The notes beneath the pieces are model-generated. The model made no database searches. It was not told the DNA's origin and saw only the letters and a program-made list of their open reading frames with translations. From Gemmatimonadaceae bacterium (lineage in GTDB: Bacteria > Gemmatimonadota > Gemmatimonadetes > Gemmatimonadales > Gemmatimonadaceae), in NCBI GenBank assembly GCA_033763905.1, contig JANRJP010000123.1, positions 1-50,884 of the forward strand: DNA of 50,884 nt, given 5' to 3'. The position numbers were made by a program, and so were the translations under genes. Position 1 is the first letter of the stretch; every line of letters begins with the position of its first letter. Shown here in pieces: positions 9,909-19,766 of this stretch.

Positions 9909-9948
9909 AGACGCGGCTGCCGTGGCATCGCCACGCGCAGCCGCGTCT
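9909..9948. terminator. Bidirectional hairpin between convergent genes
   Basis: AGACGCGGCTGC-CGTGGC-ATC-GCCACG-C-GCAGCCGCGTCT, about 18-bp stem with one bulge. Confidence 0.7.
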
Positions 9949-9962
9949 CGTATCCGCGCCCG

Positions 9963-10706
9963 TTACGGCTTCCTCACCAGCGCCGCGATCGGTGCCGGCA
10001 ACGTCGTGAGATCGCCGACCGGCGCGTTCGGGAGAATCGCTTCGAGGGCAATGATCTGCTGCTGCCCCATCATCTCGGTGACCGCCCGCATCGGAAAGCT
10101 CACCCCGTTGGTTGCCTTGTAGTCGGAATAGAGCGTCACGACATCTACTTCGCCCATCGGCGTCGCACGCTTGCTCGACGACCAGACGAGCAGTCCCGTG
10201 GCGTCGGCGTAGCAGTCGCGGCTAGTGCGCCCGGTCGTCATCGTGATCTCGACGAGTACGCACGCGGCGCCGTTCTTGGTCGTGCGTTCCACCGACGTTG
10301 CGCTCTTGATCAGGCGTTCAGCGCGCACGCCGGCGCCGAGATCCGCCATTTCCTGCACATCGGCGAGTTCTGACCCGCCGAGCACCCGCGGCCCCTGCAT
10401 CGGGTCCAAGCCCCACCCCGTCTTGCCGTCGAAGCCCTGCGCGATCTCGCCGAGTCCCGGCACACTGATCGTCATCTTCATCTTGTTCGGGGCCGCCTGG
10501 TCGAGGACGACGCTGCCCTTCACGCCAGCGGCCGGCATTTCGAAGGACCCCGTCGACCGCAGCGACGTGAAGCGCTGCGCCGCGTCGGCGCCGACCGCGG
10601 CGCGGTAGCGGGCAAGAACGGCGCTCGCGGTCGGCAGGGGCGCCTGCGCGACCAGCGGCGCGGGGAGCAGAACAGCAGCAACGAGCAGGTGCAACGAACG
10701 CATCAC
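9963..10706 (-). CDS. Secreted protein, possibly LolA/lipoprotein-sorting-like beta fold
   Basis: Signal peptide ending LVAQ; GAGGA RBS; beta-rich pattern (APNK..., GFDG..GW, YSDYK..NGV.FP); fold assignment is from recall only. Confidence 0.7.
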   Translation of the reverse strand: MMRSLHLLVAAVLLPAPLVAQAPLPTASAVLARYRAAVGADAAQRFTSLRSTGSFEMPAAGVKGSVVLDQAAPNKMKMTISVPGLGEIAQGFDGKTGWGLDPMQGPRVLGGSELADVQEMADLGAGVRAERLIKSATSVERTTKNGAACVLVEITMTTGRTSRDCYADATGLLVWSSSKRATPMGEVDVVTLYSDYKATNGVSFPMRAVTEMMGQQQIIALEAILPNAPVGDLTTLPAPIAALVRKP

Positions 10707-10727
10707 GCGATTCCTCGCAGAAGGGTG

Positions 10728-12086
10728 TTACGGCAGACACGCCGCGCCGGACGGCGCACGCGTGGTGGAGAGACTCGACAACCACGCGAGCGCGGCGTCG
10801 AGGACAGGATCCCGCCCCGCGGCCAGCGCCTCGGCGCTGAGCTCGATCGCGACATCGGGACGAACGCCAACACCGTCGACACGCTGGCCCGCGGGGCCCG
10901 TGAGGTCGGCGGTGGCGTGCACGAGCACATCACCGGTGGCGAGGCGCGCGGTGAGGGCGGGCAGGGCCTGCCCGGCGGTACGCTCACCGAACACGCGCGC
11001 GCGCCCGAGATCCCGGAGCGCGCCGGCGAAGATCTCGCTGGTGCTCGCGGTGGTCAGGTCGACCAGCAGCGCCACCGGGCCCGCGTAAGGCGTCGTGCGC
11101 GTCCCTTCGGCGAGCACGCGTCGCGGATTCGCGGCCAGCTTGAACACGGCATCTCGCGAGGTCAGGGTCGCGAGCACCGCGGTGGTGTCGATCAGGTGTC
11201 CGCCGATGCCCATCACCATCCCCACCACACCCCCGAGATTGCCGCGGAGGTCCAGCACGAGCCCGTCGCAGCCCTTGGTGTCCACGAAGGCGCGGTCGAG
11301 CTGCGGGATGATCGCGGGCAGCCACACATCGAACGCAATCACGCCGGCCGCTCGGCCTCCACTCAGCTCGGCCCGCGAGGCGCGCACACGTGTCGAGAGT
11401 GGCGGGAGATTGCCGAAGCTGGCCGTTGGCGTGGTGTCGGTGACGGACACCACGGCGATGCTGCGGGGCGTGGCACTGCCCGGGAGCTGGAGGCGAAGCA
11501 CCACCGAGTCGCCTACGGCCGGCGCCACGGCCGCATTGACGCGTTGCAGTAGCACGCTGCGACGACGATGGCGTTGGGCATCGGCGCGAATCGTGTCGGC
11601 GTCGCGCAGTCGCGACGCGATGTCGATATCGTCGATCGCCAAGACTTCCGCGCCTGCGCGAATGCCGCGCTGCGCGGCGGGACTCCCGGGGTCGACGCGA
11701 CTGACCAGCACCGTCGGCGTGTTGCCCCGCGTCGCGAATCGCAGCGTGAGCCCGGTCGTGCCGCGCGCGGCACCGGAGGTGGACTCGTCGAACGCCGACG
11801 CGGGAATCACGTAGAAGTGTGACGCGGGGACAAGGCCGAGCAGCTCGTAGAGCGCCGCCCGGAAGGCCTCGTCGTTCGGCGCGGCCAGCGCGTCGGTGCG
11901 GCGACGGCTGGCCTCGGGGAACCATCGAGACTCGATGAACGGGCGATCGACCCACGTGCGGCCGACGACGGCTACGACGGTGTCCCAGGCGGCAGCGCGC
12001 GTGGACGGCGCCGTCGACTGCCCGGCGGCCGTGCGCGCGATCAACGCGGTGGCGGCCAAGACGCCCCAGCGGCGCGCGGCAGTCAT
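10728..12086 (-). CDS. Secreted S41 family (tail-specific-like) peptidase with PDZ domain
   Basis: ATGA overlap at 12083-12086; signal peptide; PDZ (VDPGSPAAQRGIRAG); LVLDLRGNLGG; TASTSE nucleophile; GERTAG; GVGVRPDV. Confidence 0.9.
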   Translation of the reverse strand: MTAARRWGVLAATALIARTAAGQSTAPSTRAAAWDTVVAVVGRTWVDRPFIESRWFPEASRRRTDALAAPNDEAFRAALYELLGLVPASHFYVIPASAFDESTSGAARGTTGLTLRFATRGNTPTVLVSRVDPGSPAAQRGIRAGAEVLAIDDIDIASRLRDADTIRADAQRHRRRSVLLQRVNAAVAPAVGDSVVLRLQLPGSATPRSIAVVSVTDTTPTASFGNLPPLSTRVRASRAELSGGRAAGVIAFDVWLPAIIPQLDRAFVDTKGCDGLVLDLRGNLGGVVGMVMGIGGHLIDTTAVLATLTSRDAVFKLAANPRRVLAEGTRTTPYAGPVALLVDLTTASTSEIFAGALRDLGRARVFGERTAGQALPALTARLATGDVLVHATADLTGPAGQRVDGVGVRPDVAIELSAEALAAGRDPVLDAALAWLSSLSTTRAPSGAACLP

Positions 12087-12562
12087 TGCGGCACCCGCCG
12101 CGTCTCGTCGGATTCGTCGGGCACGAACCAGCCGAGCCACGCCGAGGGCGCCACGACCGCCAGCAGAATCACGGCCTCGGCAATGCTCTGCCACGCATAG
12201 CGCGACGAGGGGTACCAGAACCACTTGCTGTCGACGGCAATCGTGATGTACGTGGCGCCGAGCGCCATCACGCCGCCGTACAGGCGATAGGCGCCGAGGT
12301 AGGCGCGATTGCGGAGCGCGATCTGACGTTCGTCGAGTGCCGCATCGGCATCGTCGGCGATGAACTGTCCGACCTTGTAGTTGCGGACGCACAGCGCGGT
12401 GAGCACGAGGAGCGCGGTGAGCGCCCCGATGCTGCGCAGGAGCAGCGGAATGCCGGTGGCGTCGTGCGCGCGGAAGGCCACGGCGATCGCCCACGACACC
12501 CAGATCCCGACGATCGTCCAACGCCGCGAGGTGAGGGACGGCAGAGCAGTGAGCGGCTTCAT
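12083..12562 (-). CDS. Small 4-TM membrane protein (DUF2178-like DER motif)
   Basis: Hydrophobic segments flanking LDERQIALRNRAY..AY; ATGA overlaps with both neighbours. Confidence 0.75.
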   Translation of the reverse strand: MKPLTALPSLTSRRWTIVGIWVSWAIAVAFRAHDATGIPLLLRSIGALTALLVLTALCVRNYKVGQFIADDADAALDERQIALRNRAYLGAYRLYGGVMALGATYITIAVDSKWFWYPSSRYAWQSIAEAVILLAVVAPSAWLGWFVPDESDETRRVPQ

Positions 12563-12837
12563 TGACGTCCGTAGAGTTGAGTGCTGAGCGGCGTGAACGG
12601 CGTCCGGGAGAACACCGCTTCAAGCGGCAGCCCGAAGGCTTCGGCGATGCGAAAGGCAAGCTCGAGCGACGGGTTGTACTCGCCCCGCTCGAGGTACCCG
12701 ACGGTCTGGTAGTTCACGCCGAGAAGCTCGGCGAGCTGCTGTCTCGACCATCCGCGTTCGGCCCGGAGCACCGGGATCCGGTTGTAGATCGGCGCCGTCG
12801 CATTGCCGCCGCGGGGACTATTGGCTGGGGGGTTCAC
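12559..12837 (-). CDS. XRE-family helix-turn-helix transcriptional regulator
   Basis: NRIPVLRAERGWSRQQLAELLGVNYQTVGYLERGEYNPSLELAFRIAEAF; GTG 12837 lies just downstream of a promoter. Confidence 0.93.
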   Translation of the reverse strand: MNPPANSPRGGNATAPIYNRIPVLRAERGWSRQQLAELLGVNYQTVGYLERGEYNPSLELAFRIAEAFGLPLEAVFSRTPFTPLSTQLYGRQ

Positions 12838-12844
12838 ACAACGA

Positions 12845-12873
12845 GATATAGCATAACTACAACAAAACGTCAA
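12845..12873 (-). promoter_or_regulatory. Sigma70-type promoter of the XRE operon, probably giving a leaderless mRNA
   Basis: TTGACG (12873-12868), 17-nt spacer, TATATC (12850-12845) with TG extension; GTG start follows after 7 nt. Confidence 0.7.
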
Positions 12874-12913
12874 GGCTGTATATTCCTGCCGTCCTCATCC
12901 CACTGTGGCAACG

Positions 12914-14584
12914 ATGATCTCTCTGCGCGGTCTTTCTCGGCGAGCAGCCTTCGTATTCGGGACCTGTGTGACGCTGGGCGCGAGTGCCGGCGCTGCCCAC
13001 GCGCAGTCGTGCGATGGCGCGGAGACCGTCGCGATCATTCCGGCGCCGCTCACCGTCGACCGCGGGACCGGCTGCTTCGTGCTGGAGCGGGGCACCGTAC
13101 TCGTGGCGGCGCCTGGAGCTGAGGCCGTGGCGCAGCAGTTCGCCGATTTCCTGGCCTGGGCGACGGGCTGGCGGCTACGCGTGGCGACGAGCGCTGCGGC
13201 GGGCGCCCCCGCTTCGCGCATCACGATGCGGGTGGAACGTGGATTGGATTCGCTGGGCGACGAAGGCTATCTGCTCGACGTGAGCCGCGGTCGCGTCACG
13301 ATTCGCGCGCATTCGGCGGCGGGGCTGTTTTACGGTACGCAATCGCTGCGGCAACTCTTCCCGGCCGCAATCGAGCGGCGGGCTGCGGTGCGCAACGTGT
13401 CGTGGGTGGTGCCGGCGGTGCGAGTGACCGATCGTCCGCGCTTCGCGTGGCGCGGGTCGCATCTCGACGTGTCGCGCCACTTTATGCCGGCCGAGTTCGT
13501 GAAGAAGTGGCTGGATCTGATGGCGCTGCAAAAGCTGAATCGCTTCCACTGGCACCTCACCGATGACCAGGGCTGGCGATTCGAAGTGCCCGGATGGCCG
13601 CGGCTCACCGAGGTTGGCGCGTGGCGCAGCCGCACGTTGCGCGGTGGCTACACCACGGACAGCACGAAGTGGCAGTGGGAAGCTCGTCGCCACGGGGGGT
13701 TCTACACGGCCGATGACATCCGCGAGATCGTGGCGTACGCGGCGGCGCGACACATCGTCGTGATTCCGGAGATCGATATGCCGTCGCACATGACGGCGGC
13801 CATCGCGGCGTACCCGTCCTTGGGCGTGTTCGGCACCGCGAAGGAGCCGCAGAGCTGGTGGGGGCTGTCGCAGGACGTGCTCGTGCCGGACTCCGCGTCG
13901 CTCACGTTCGCGACTGACGTGCTGGCGCACGTGCTGACGCTGTTCCCGTCGCCGTGGATTCACATCGGCGGCGACGAAGTCGTCACGCAGTACTGGAAGG
14001 AGAGTCCGCGGGTGCAGGCGCAGCGGCAGGCCCTTGGGCTTGCCGATGAGCACGCGCTGCAGAGTTGGTTCATCAGCAAGCTGGATGCGTGGTTGACCGC
14101 GCGCGGCCGCCGGATGATTGGCTGGGACGAAATTCTCGATGGCGGACTGGCCCCGAACGCCACGGTGATGTCGTGGCGCGGCACAGCAGGCGGCATCGCG
14201 GCGGCGAAAGCCAAGCACGACGTCGTGATGGCGCCAACTTCGCATACCTACTTCGACTACTACCAGACGGCGAATCGTGGTGGCGAGCCACTAGCGATCG
14301 GGGGCTTGCTCCCGATCGATACCGTGTACGCGTTCGAGCCGGTGCCGTCGGAGCTGACCGATCTGGAAGCGACCTACATCCTCGGCGCACAGGCCCAGAT
14401 CTGGACCGAGTACATCCGGACGCCGAAAGAGGCCGAGTATATGGGCTTCCCGCGACTGATTGCGCTGAGTGAAGTGACGTGGTCGGCGAAGGAGCGGCGC
14501 AACTGGCGCGACTTCGAGCAGCGGCTCAGGATTCAACTGCGACGCTGGGACGCCCTGGACGTCGCGTACCGCCGCCTCGACTGA
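12914..14584 (+). CDS. Beta-N-acetylhexosaminidase (GH20), secreted
   Basis: [36 protein letters not shown], catalytic HIGGDE, WTEY; signal peptide; alternative GTG start at 12905. Confidence 0.96.
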   Translation: MISLRGLSRRAAFVFGTCVTLGASAGAAHAQSCDGAETVAIIPAPLTVDRGTGCFVLERGTVLVAAPGAEAVAQQFADFLAWATGWRLRVATSAAAGAPASRITMRVERGLDSLGDEGYLLDVSRGRVTIRAHSAAGLFYGTQSLRQLFPAAIERRAAVRNVSWVVPAVRVTDRPRFAWRGSHLDVSRHFMPAEFVKKWLDLMALQKLNRFHWHLTDDQGWRFEVPGWPRLTEVGAWRSRTLRGGYTTDSTKWQWEARRHGGFYTADDIREIVAYAAARHIVVIPEIDMPSHMTAAIAAYPSLGVFGTAKEPQSWWGLSQDVLVPDSASLTFATDVLAHVLTLFPSPWIHIGGDEVVTQYWKESPRVQAQRQALGLADEHALQSWFISKLDAWLTARGRRMIGWDEILDGGLAPNATVMSWRGTAGGIAAAKAKHDVVMAPTSHTYFDYYQTANRGGEPLAIGGLLPIDTVYAFEPVPSELTDLEATYILGAQAQIWTEYIRTPKEAEYMGFPRLIALSEVTWSAKERRNWRDFEQRLRIQLRRWDALDVAYRRLD

Positions 14585-14609
14585 CGCGTTCGCACGCTGG
14601 AGTCCACCG

Positions 14610-15419
14610 ATGCCACGATTGCAGGACAAGATCGCGCTGATCACGGGGGCCGCACGCGGCATCGGCTTGGCGATTGCACAGCGGTTCGCGGACGAAGGGG
14701 CGTTCGTGTGGGTGAGCGACGTGCGCGAGGCGGAGGGCCGCGCGGCGGCGGCGGCGATTGGACACCGCGCGCACTTCCTGCCCCTCGATGTGCGACAGGA
14801 AGCGCAGTGGGACGAGGTGATGGGCGAAGTCCTTCGCACGTCGGGACGACTGGATGTGCTGGTGAACAACGCGGGTATCACCGGTTTTGAAGGCGGCGTG
14901 GTGGCGCACGACCCCGAGCACGCCACGCTCGCCGCGTGGCGCGCCGTGCACGAGACCAATCTCGACGGCACGTTTCTGGGCTGCCGCGCGGCGCTGCGCG
15001 CGATGCGCACCACGCGACGCGGGAGCATCATCAACATCTCGTCGCGCAGCGGCGTCGTGGGCATTCCCGGCGCCGCTGCGTACGCGTCGAGCAAGGCCGC
15101 GATCCGCAACCATACGAAATCGGTGGCGCTCTATGCCGCGGAGCAGGGATGGGATGTCCGGTGCAACTCGATTCACCCGGCGGCCGTACTGACCCCGATG
15201 TGGGAGCCGATGCTCGGGGACGGGCCGGATCGCGAGCAGCGGATGCGCGAGTTCACCGCCGACACGCCGCTGCGGCGCTTCGGTCGCCCAGAGGAGGTCG
15301 CCGCCGTGGCCGTGTTGTTGGCCAGCGACGAGGCCACCTACATCACCGGCTCCGAGTTCACCATCGATGGCGGCATCCTTGCGGGTTCCGCGGCCGCCCC
15401 CGCACGAGACACCCAATGA
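14610..15419 (+). CDS. SDR family oxidoreductase
   Basis: [12 protein letters not shown], catalytic YASSK, C-terminal [19 protein letters not shown]. Confidence 0.95.
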   Translation: MPRLQDKIALITGAARGIGLAIAQRFADEGAFVWVSDVREAEGRAAAAAIGHRAHFLPLDVRQEAQWDEVMGEVLRTSGRLDVLVNNAGITGFEGGVVAHDPEHATLAAWRAVHETNLDGTFLGCRAALRAMRTTRRGSIINISSRSGVVGIPGAAAYASSKAAIRNHTKSVALYAAEQGWDVRCNSIHPAAVLTPMWEPMLGDGPDREQRMREFTADTPLRRFGRPEEVAAVAVLLASDEATYITGSEFTIDGGILAGSAAAPARDTQ

Positions 15420-15946
15420 CCCGACCACAGATCAGCGTCTATATCGGTTGTTCCCTCGACGGCTTCATCGCCCGTCCGGACGGCGGACTCGACTTTCTCG
15501 ACTTCGTTGACACCACCGGCGAGGATCACGGTTATCACGCGTTCTACGCGACCTGCGATGCCATCGTGGCTGGCCGAGCGACACTCGATGTGGTCCTCGG
15601 ATTTCCCGAATGGCCGTGGAAGGACAAGCGGGTGATCATCTGCACGCATCGCCCGGTGCCCTCGGGTCTTCCGATCGAGACGCACGAAGGGCCGCTTGCG
15701 CCGCTCTTCGAACAGCTCGGCGCGGAGGGGGTGCGTCGCGTGTATCTCGATGGTGGGGCCACCATCCGCGGCGCCCTCGCGGACGGCCTGGTGGACGATA
15801 TGACGATCACGACCGTGCCAGTCCTGATCGGGACAGGGCTGCCGTTGTTCGGTGGTCCGGTGGCGCACGAGCGATGGTCGCTTCAGCGTCACGTGGCGTT
15901 CCCGTCGGGGTTCGTGCAGGGGACGTGGACGCGAGCGACCACGTGA
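15416..15946 (+). CDS. Dihydrofolate reductase-like (RibD C-terminal domain) protein
   Basis: ATGA overlap; [31 protein letters not shown] motifs. Confidence 0.9.
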   Translation: MTRPQISVYIGCSLDGFIARPDGGLDFLDFVDTTGEDHGYHAFYATCDAIVAGRATLDVVLGFPEWPWKDKRVIICTHRPVPSGLPIETHEGPLAPLFEQLGAEGVRRVYLDGGATIRGALADGLVDDMTITTVPVLIGTGLPLFGGPVAHERWSLQRHVAFPSGFVQGTWTRATT

Positions 15947-17139
15947 CGCGCAGGGTGTGGTCCAAGGCGTGGCGCCGTGTCGCCACGGCGGCAGTCGTCG
16001 GGCTCGTCACGGGCTGTGCGGCCCGATCGACACCGATGCCGGTCGGCGCGGCGCGCTCGGGCGCGTGGGCCGCCGCCGTGCGCGACCCGGCGTTGCGCGA
16101 CACGGTGCAGCGATTGCTCGATGGCGCACGCCGAGACTCGGTGTTCCCCGGCGGCATCGCGGTCGTCGGCGATCGCTCGGGCGTGTTGGCCTGGGCCAGC
16201 ACCGGCACACTCGACTGGGCGCCGTCACCTGCGGTGGATGCCGAGACCCTGTGGGATCTGGCCTCGCTCACGAAGCTGGTGGCGCTCACCAGCACCATTG
16301 CGACCCTGGTCGACGATCGCACGCTCACGCTCGACGACCGCGTGCAGCGCTGGGTGCCGGAATGGACGATCCCGGGGGCGGCCGAAATCACGCTGCGCGA
16401 TCTGCTGTTGCACCGCAGCGGTCTGCCGGCACATCGGAACTTCTACTTGCAGGGGCAGGGACTGGACGCCGTTCGTGCGATTGTCCTGGCGACCCCGCTG
16501 GACACGACCCCGCGGACGCGAATGGTCTACAGCGACCTGGGGGCCATCATCCTGGGTCTCGTGGTCGAGCGGGCGACGCGACTGCCCTTCGACGAGGCGG
16601 TGCGGCGTCGGGTGCTCGAGCCGGCGGGGATGCGCGAGACACGGTTCCGCCCTCCGGCGCGTGAGTGGCCCCGCACGGCACCGACCGAGCGCGATCCGTG
16701 GCGTGGTCGCTTGGTCCGTGGCGAGGTGCACGACGAGAATGCCTTCGCGATGGGCGGCGTGTCGTCCCACGCCGGCCTCTTCTCGACGGCGCGCGATATG
16801 GAGCGCTTTGCGCGGCTCTGGTTGTCGGGCGGCGTCCTCGACGGTCGACGCGTGATCAGCGAGGCCACCGTGCGCGAGTTCAGCACGGTGGTCGACAGTA
16901 CGTTCAGCTCGCGGGCCATCGGCTGGGATACCCCCACCGGCACGAACTCCGCCGGGACGATTGCCACGCGGCCGGCGTACGGACACACCGGCTTCACCGG
17001 CACCTCGCTGTGGATCGATCCGCGTCGTGACCGCTACGTCCTGCTCCTCACGAACCGCGTGAATCCGCGCCGCGAGCGCACGGGGATCGCCGGCGTGCGC
17101 ATCGCGGTTGCCGACGCCGTCTTCTCGGCGGTACGTTAG
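15943..17139 (+). CDS. Serine hydrolase, beta-lactamase/AmiE-like, probable lipoprotein
   Basis: GTGA overlap; lipobox LVTGC; SxxK (ASLTK), LLLHRSG, YSD, GEVHDENA, HAGLFST, GHTGFTG. Confidence 0.9.
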   Translation: MTRRVWSKAWRRVATAAVVGLVTGCAARSTPMPVGAARSGAWAAAVRDPALRDTVQRLLDGARRDSVFPGGIAVVGDRSGVLAWASTGTLDWAPSPAVDAETLWDLASLTKLVALTSTIATLVDDRTLTLDDRVQRWVPEWTIPGAAEITLRDLLLHRSGLPAHRNFYLQGQGLDAVRAIVLATPLDTTPRTRMVYSDLGAIILGLVVERATRLPFDEAVRRRVLEPAGMRETRFRPPAREWPRTAPTERDPWRGRLVRGEVHDENAFAMGGVSSHAGLFSTARDMERFARLWLSGGVLDGRRVISEATVREFSTVVDSTFSSRAIGWDTPTGTNSAGTIATRPAYGHTGFTGTSLWIDPRRDRYVLLLTNRVNPRRERTGIAGVRIAVADAVFSAVR

Positions 17140-17175
17140 CGCGTCCGACCTCCCCCCTTTGTCCGAGGTGCCGTG

Positions 17176-18030
17176 ATGCAGCGCAGAACGCTCCTGCAGT
17201 GGCTGGCTGGCGCCGCGGCCTCCACGGCGGCCGGTGTGTCCATTCCCTCGGTGGCGCGTGCCGCCGAGGCGGCCCTCTCGGGACGGCGCATCGAGCGCAT
17301 CGGCATTCAGCTCTACACCGTTCGGGCCCTGCTGGAGCGCAACTTCGACGACACCCTGCGAGCGCTGGGCGCCGCCGGGTATCGTGAAGTCGAGTTCGCT
17401 GGCTGGTACGGGCGCACGCCGGCCCAGCTCCGCGAAGCCCTGCGTGGCGCGCGGCTCACGGCGCCGAGCGCCCACGTCGATGTCGCCGAGCTGCGGCGCG
17501 ACGCGGCCGGGGTGATGGGGGCACACGCGGAGGCGGGCTTTCGCTACGTGATCGTGCCGTGGCTCAATGTCGACGACCGGCGGACGCTCGATGATTGGCG
17601 GCGCCGCGCCGACGAATTCACCGCCTTCGCCGAAGTGGCGCGTCGCGCCGGCGTCACCTTCGCGTACCACAATCACGAGTTCGAGTTCACGCCAATCGAC
17701 GGCGTGTTGCCGATGGAGGTGCTGGCAACGCGCACCGACCCGGTGCTCGTGAAGCTGGAACTCGACCTCTATTGGACGGTCGCGGCGGGCGCGTCCCCGG
17801 TGAAATGGATCACGCGCTGGCCGGGTCGCGTCGTCGCGGTGCACGTCAAGGACCGCTCCGCCGACGGCACGATGGTGGATGTCGGACAGGGCACGATTCC
17901 CTTCGGCGAACTGCTGCGTGTCGCACGCGCGAACGGCCTGCGCCACTGGTTCGTCGAGCACGACAATCCCGCCGATCCGATGGCGTCTGCCATCGAGAGT
18001 CACAACTGGCTGGCCAAACTGAAGCTGTAA
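17176..18030 (+). CDS. Tat-exported sugar phosphate isomerase/epimerase-family TIM-barrel protein
   Basis: Twin-arginine signal QRRTLL; IGIQLYTVR; metal ligands in YHNH..EF, ELDLYW, HVKD, VEHD; GAGG RBS; alternative GTG start at 17173. Confidence 0.9.
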   Translation: MQRRTLLQWLAGAAASTAAGVSIPSVARAAEAALSGRRIERIGIQLYTVRALLERNFDDTLRALGAAGYREVEFAGWYGRTPAQLREALRGARLTAPSAHVDVAELRRDAAGVMGAHAEAGFRYVIVPWLNVDDRRTLDDWRRRADEFTAFAEVARRAGVTFAYHNHEFEFTPIDGVLPMEVLATRTDPVLVKLELDLYWTVAAGASPVKWITRWPGRVVAVHVKDRSADGTMVDVGQGTIPFGELLRVARANGLRHWFVEHDNPADPMASAIESHNWLAKLKL

Positions 18031-18047
18031 CTCGTCGAGGCATACGC

Positions 18048-19283
18048 ATGTCGCGTCTTCGCGTCGGATTCATCGGATCGGGGTTCAATACGCGGTTCCA
18101 TATGCTCGGCTGGCGTGGCGTGCGTGACGCCGACGTCACCGCGGTGTGGAGCCCGAACGCGCGTCGCGCCGGCGAGACGGCGGCCTTCGCGCGTGGCCTC
18201 GACATTGGCGACTGTCGTCCGTACAAGTCGATCACCGCGATGCTCGAAAGCGGGACGGTCGACGCGGTGTGGCTCTGCGGGCCGAACCACGCGCGGATCG
18301 AGAACGTCGAGGAAATCGTGTCGGTGCTGCGCCGCGGACGCGCGACACTCAAGGGAATCGCCTGTGAAAAGCCGCTCGCCCGCACGGTCGCGGAAGCGAA
18401 GCAGGTCAAGCAGTTGGTGGATTCGGTCGGGCTCGCCACCGGCTACCTCGAGAACCAGCTCTTCGCGCCGCACGTCGAGGCGGGCAAGGCGCTGTTGTGG
18501 GCGCGCGGCGCCGCCACCACCGGACGTCCGTATCTGGCGCGTGCGGCCGAAGAGCATAGCGGTCCACACTCGCCGTGGTTCTGGAACGGACGGCTGCAGG
18601 GTGGCGGCGTGCTCAACGATATGATGTGCCACAGTGCACTGGTGGTGCGCTGGTTGCTCACCCATCCGGACGAAGCGCTCTCGGCGGTGACGCCACGTCG
18701 CGTCACCGGACACATCGCGTCGCTCAAGTGGAGCCGGCCGACGTACGCCAAGGAGCTGCAGCGAACGATGAGCCGCGAGCTCGACTACGCGAAGTCGCCG
18801 TCGGAAGACTTTGCCGCGGTGAACATCGAGTTCGATACCCCGGACGGTGTGGCGATTGGCGAGGCGACGACGTCGTGGTCGTTCGTCGGCGCCGGGCTGC
18901 GGCTCTCGGCCGAGTTGCTGGGCCCCGAGTACTCGATGCGCTGGAATTCGCTCGACAGCGGCTTGCAGCTGTTCTTCAGCCGTCGGGTCCGCGGGAAGAC
19001 CGGGGAGGATTTGGTCGAGAAGCAGAACGCCGAACAGGGCGTGATGCCGGTGGTGCCCGAGGAGTTCCTGGCCTACGGGTACACCAACGAAGACCGGCAC
19101 TTCGTGCGTGTCTTCCTGGGCAAGGAGCGTCCGCGGCTGACGTTTGCGGACGGCGTCGATGTGGTGCGCACGCTGATGGCCGCGTACCAGTCGGCGGAGC
19201 AGGGAAAGACGCTGGCGTACCCGCCGCGCGGGATCGACCGCTTTACGCCGGCTGTGGCGAAGGGGACGTGGCGGCCGGCCTAG
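18048..19283 (+). CDS. Gfo/Idh/MocA family NAD(P)-dependent oxidoreductase
   Basis: GAGG RBS; RVGFIGSG Rossmann start; ACEKPLA; GGGVLNDMMCH; no signal peptide. Confidence 0.93.
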   Translation: MSRLRVGFIGSGFNTRFHMLGWRGVRDADVTAVWSPNARRAGETAAFARGLDIGDCRPYKSITAMLESGTVDAVWLCGPNHARIENVEEIVSVLRRGRATLKGIACEKPLARTVAEAKQVKQLVDSVGLATGYLENQLFAPHVEAGKALLWARGAATTGRPYLARAAEEHSGPHSPWFWNGRLQGGGVLNDMMCHSALVVRWLLTHPDEALSAVTPRRVTGHIASLKWSRPTYAKELQRTMSRELDYAKSPSEDFAAVNIEFDTPDGVAIGEATTSWSFVGAGLRLSAELLGPEYSMRWNSLDSGLQLFFSRRVRGKTGEDLVEKQNAEQGVMPVVPEEFLAYGYTNEDRHFVRVFLGKERPRLTFADGVDVVRTLMAAYQSAEQGKTLAYPPRGIDRFTPAVAKGTWRPA

Positions 19284-19766
19284 CTAGCGCGTCGGCGGCG
19301 GGTTCCCCGTCGCCGACGGTTGGTCAGGTTGCATCCGCGAGAACGGGAATCCTCCGCAGCCGGTGCGTGGCGTCGTGCGATTCGCCGCCGGTGTGGCGCG
19401 GGCGGCCGCGGCGCTGGGTGCGTCCCACGCGGTCAGACAGAAACCCCAGCGATACGGGGCCATATCGCTGAAGGGCATCCAGTCGATCCGCACCCACTTG
19501 CCGCGGTCGCTGGATCGGGGCGATTCGACCTGCGCGATGAAAAACTGCTCGGCGACGTGCCACTCAGTGATGCGATACCGTCCGCTGGGCAACTGGACGA
19601 ACGCCGAATCCGAGACGGTGAAGCGGTTGCCGTAGTCGTCACGGAAGTCGCCGAACATCCACCGTGGCGGCGTCGCGTCGGTGGACTGTGCGGCACTTCG
19701 CTCGGGTGCCACAGCCCCAAGCACGCCCAGGGCCACGACACGCAACGCACGACCGCACCGGCTCAT
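19284..19766 (-). CDS. Secreted hypothetical protein
   Basis: TGATG overlap with the MFS gene; signal peptide ending SAAQ; aromatic-rich mature part with two Cys. Confidence 0.7.
   Translation of the reverse strand: MSRCGRALRVVALGVLGAVAPERSAAQSTDATPPRWMFGDFRDDYGNRFTVSDSAFVQLPSGRYRITEWHVAEQFFIAQVESPRSSDRGKWVRIDWMPFSDMAPYRWGFCLTAWDAPSAAAARATPAANRTTPRTGCGGFPFSRMQPDQPSATGNPPPTR

Noticed and set aside
15943..17139. Serine hydrolase as an antibiotic-resistance beta-lactamase
   Set aside because: YSD and HTG replace the class C YxN and KTG motifs, which fits the esterase/amidase branch better
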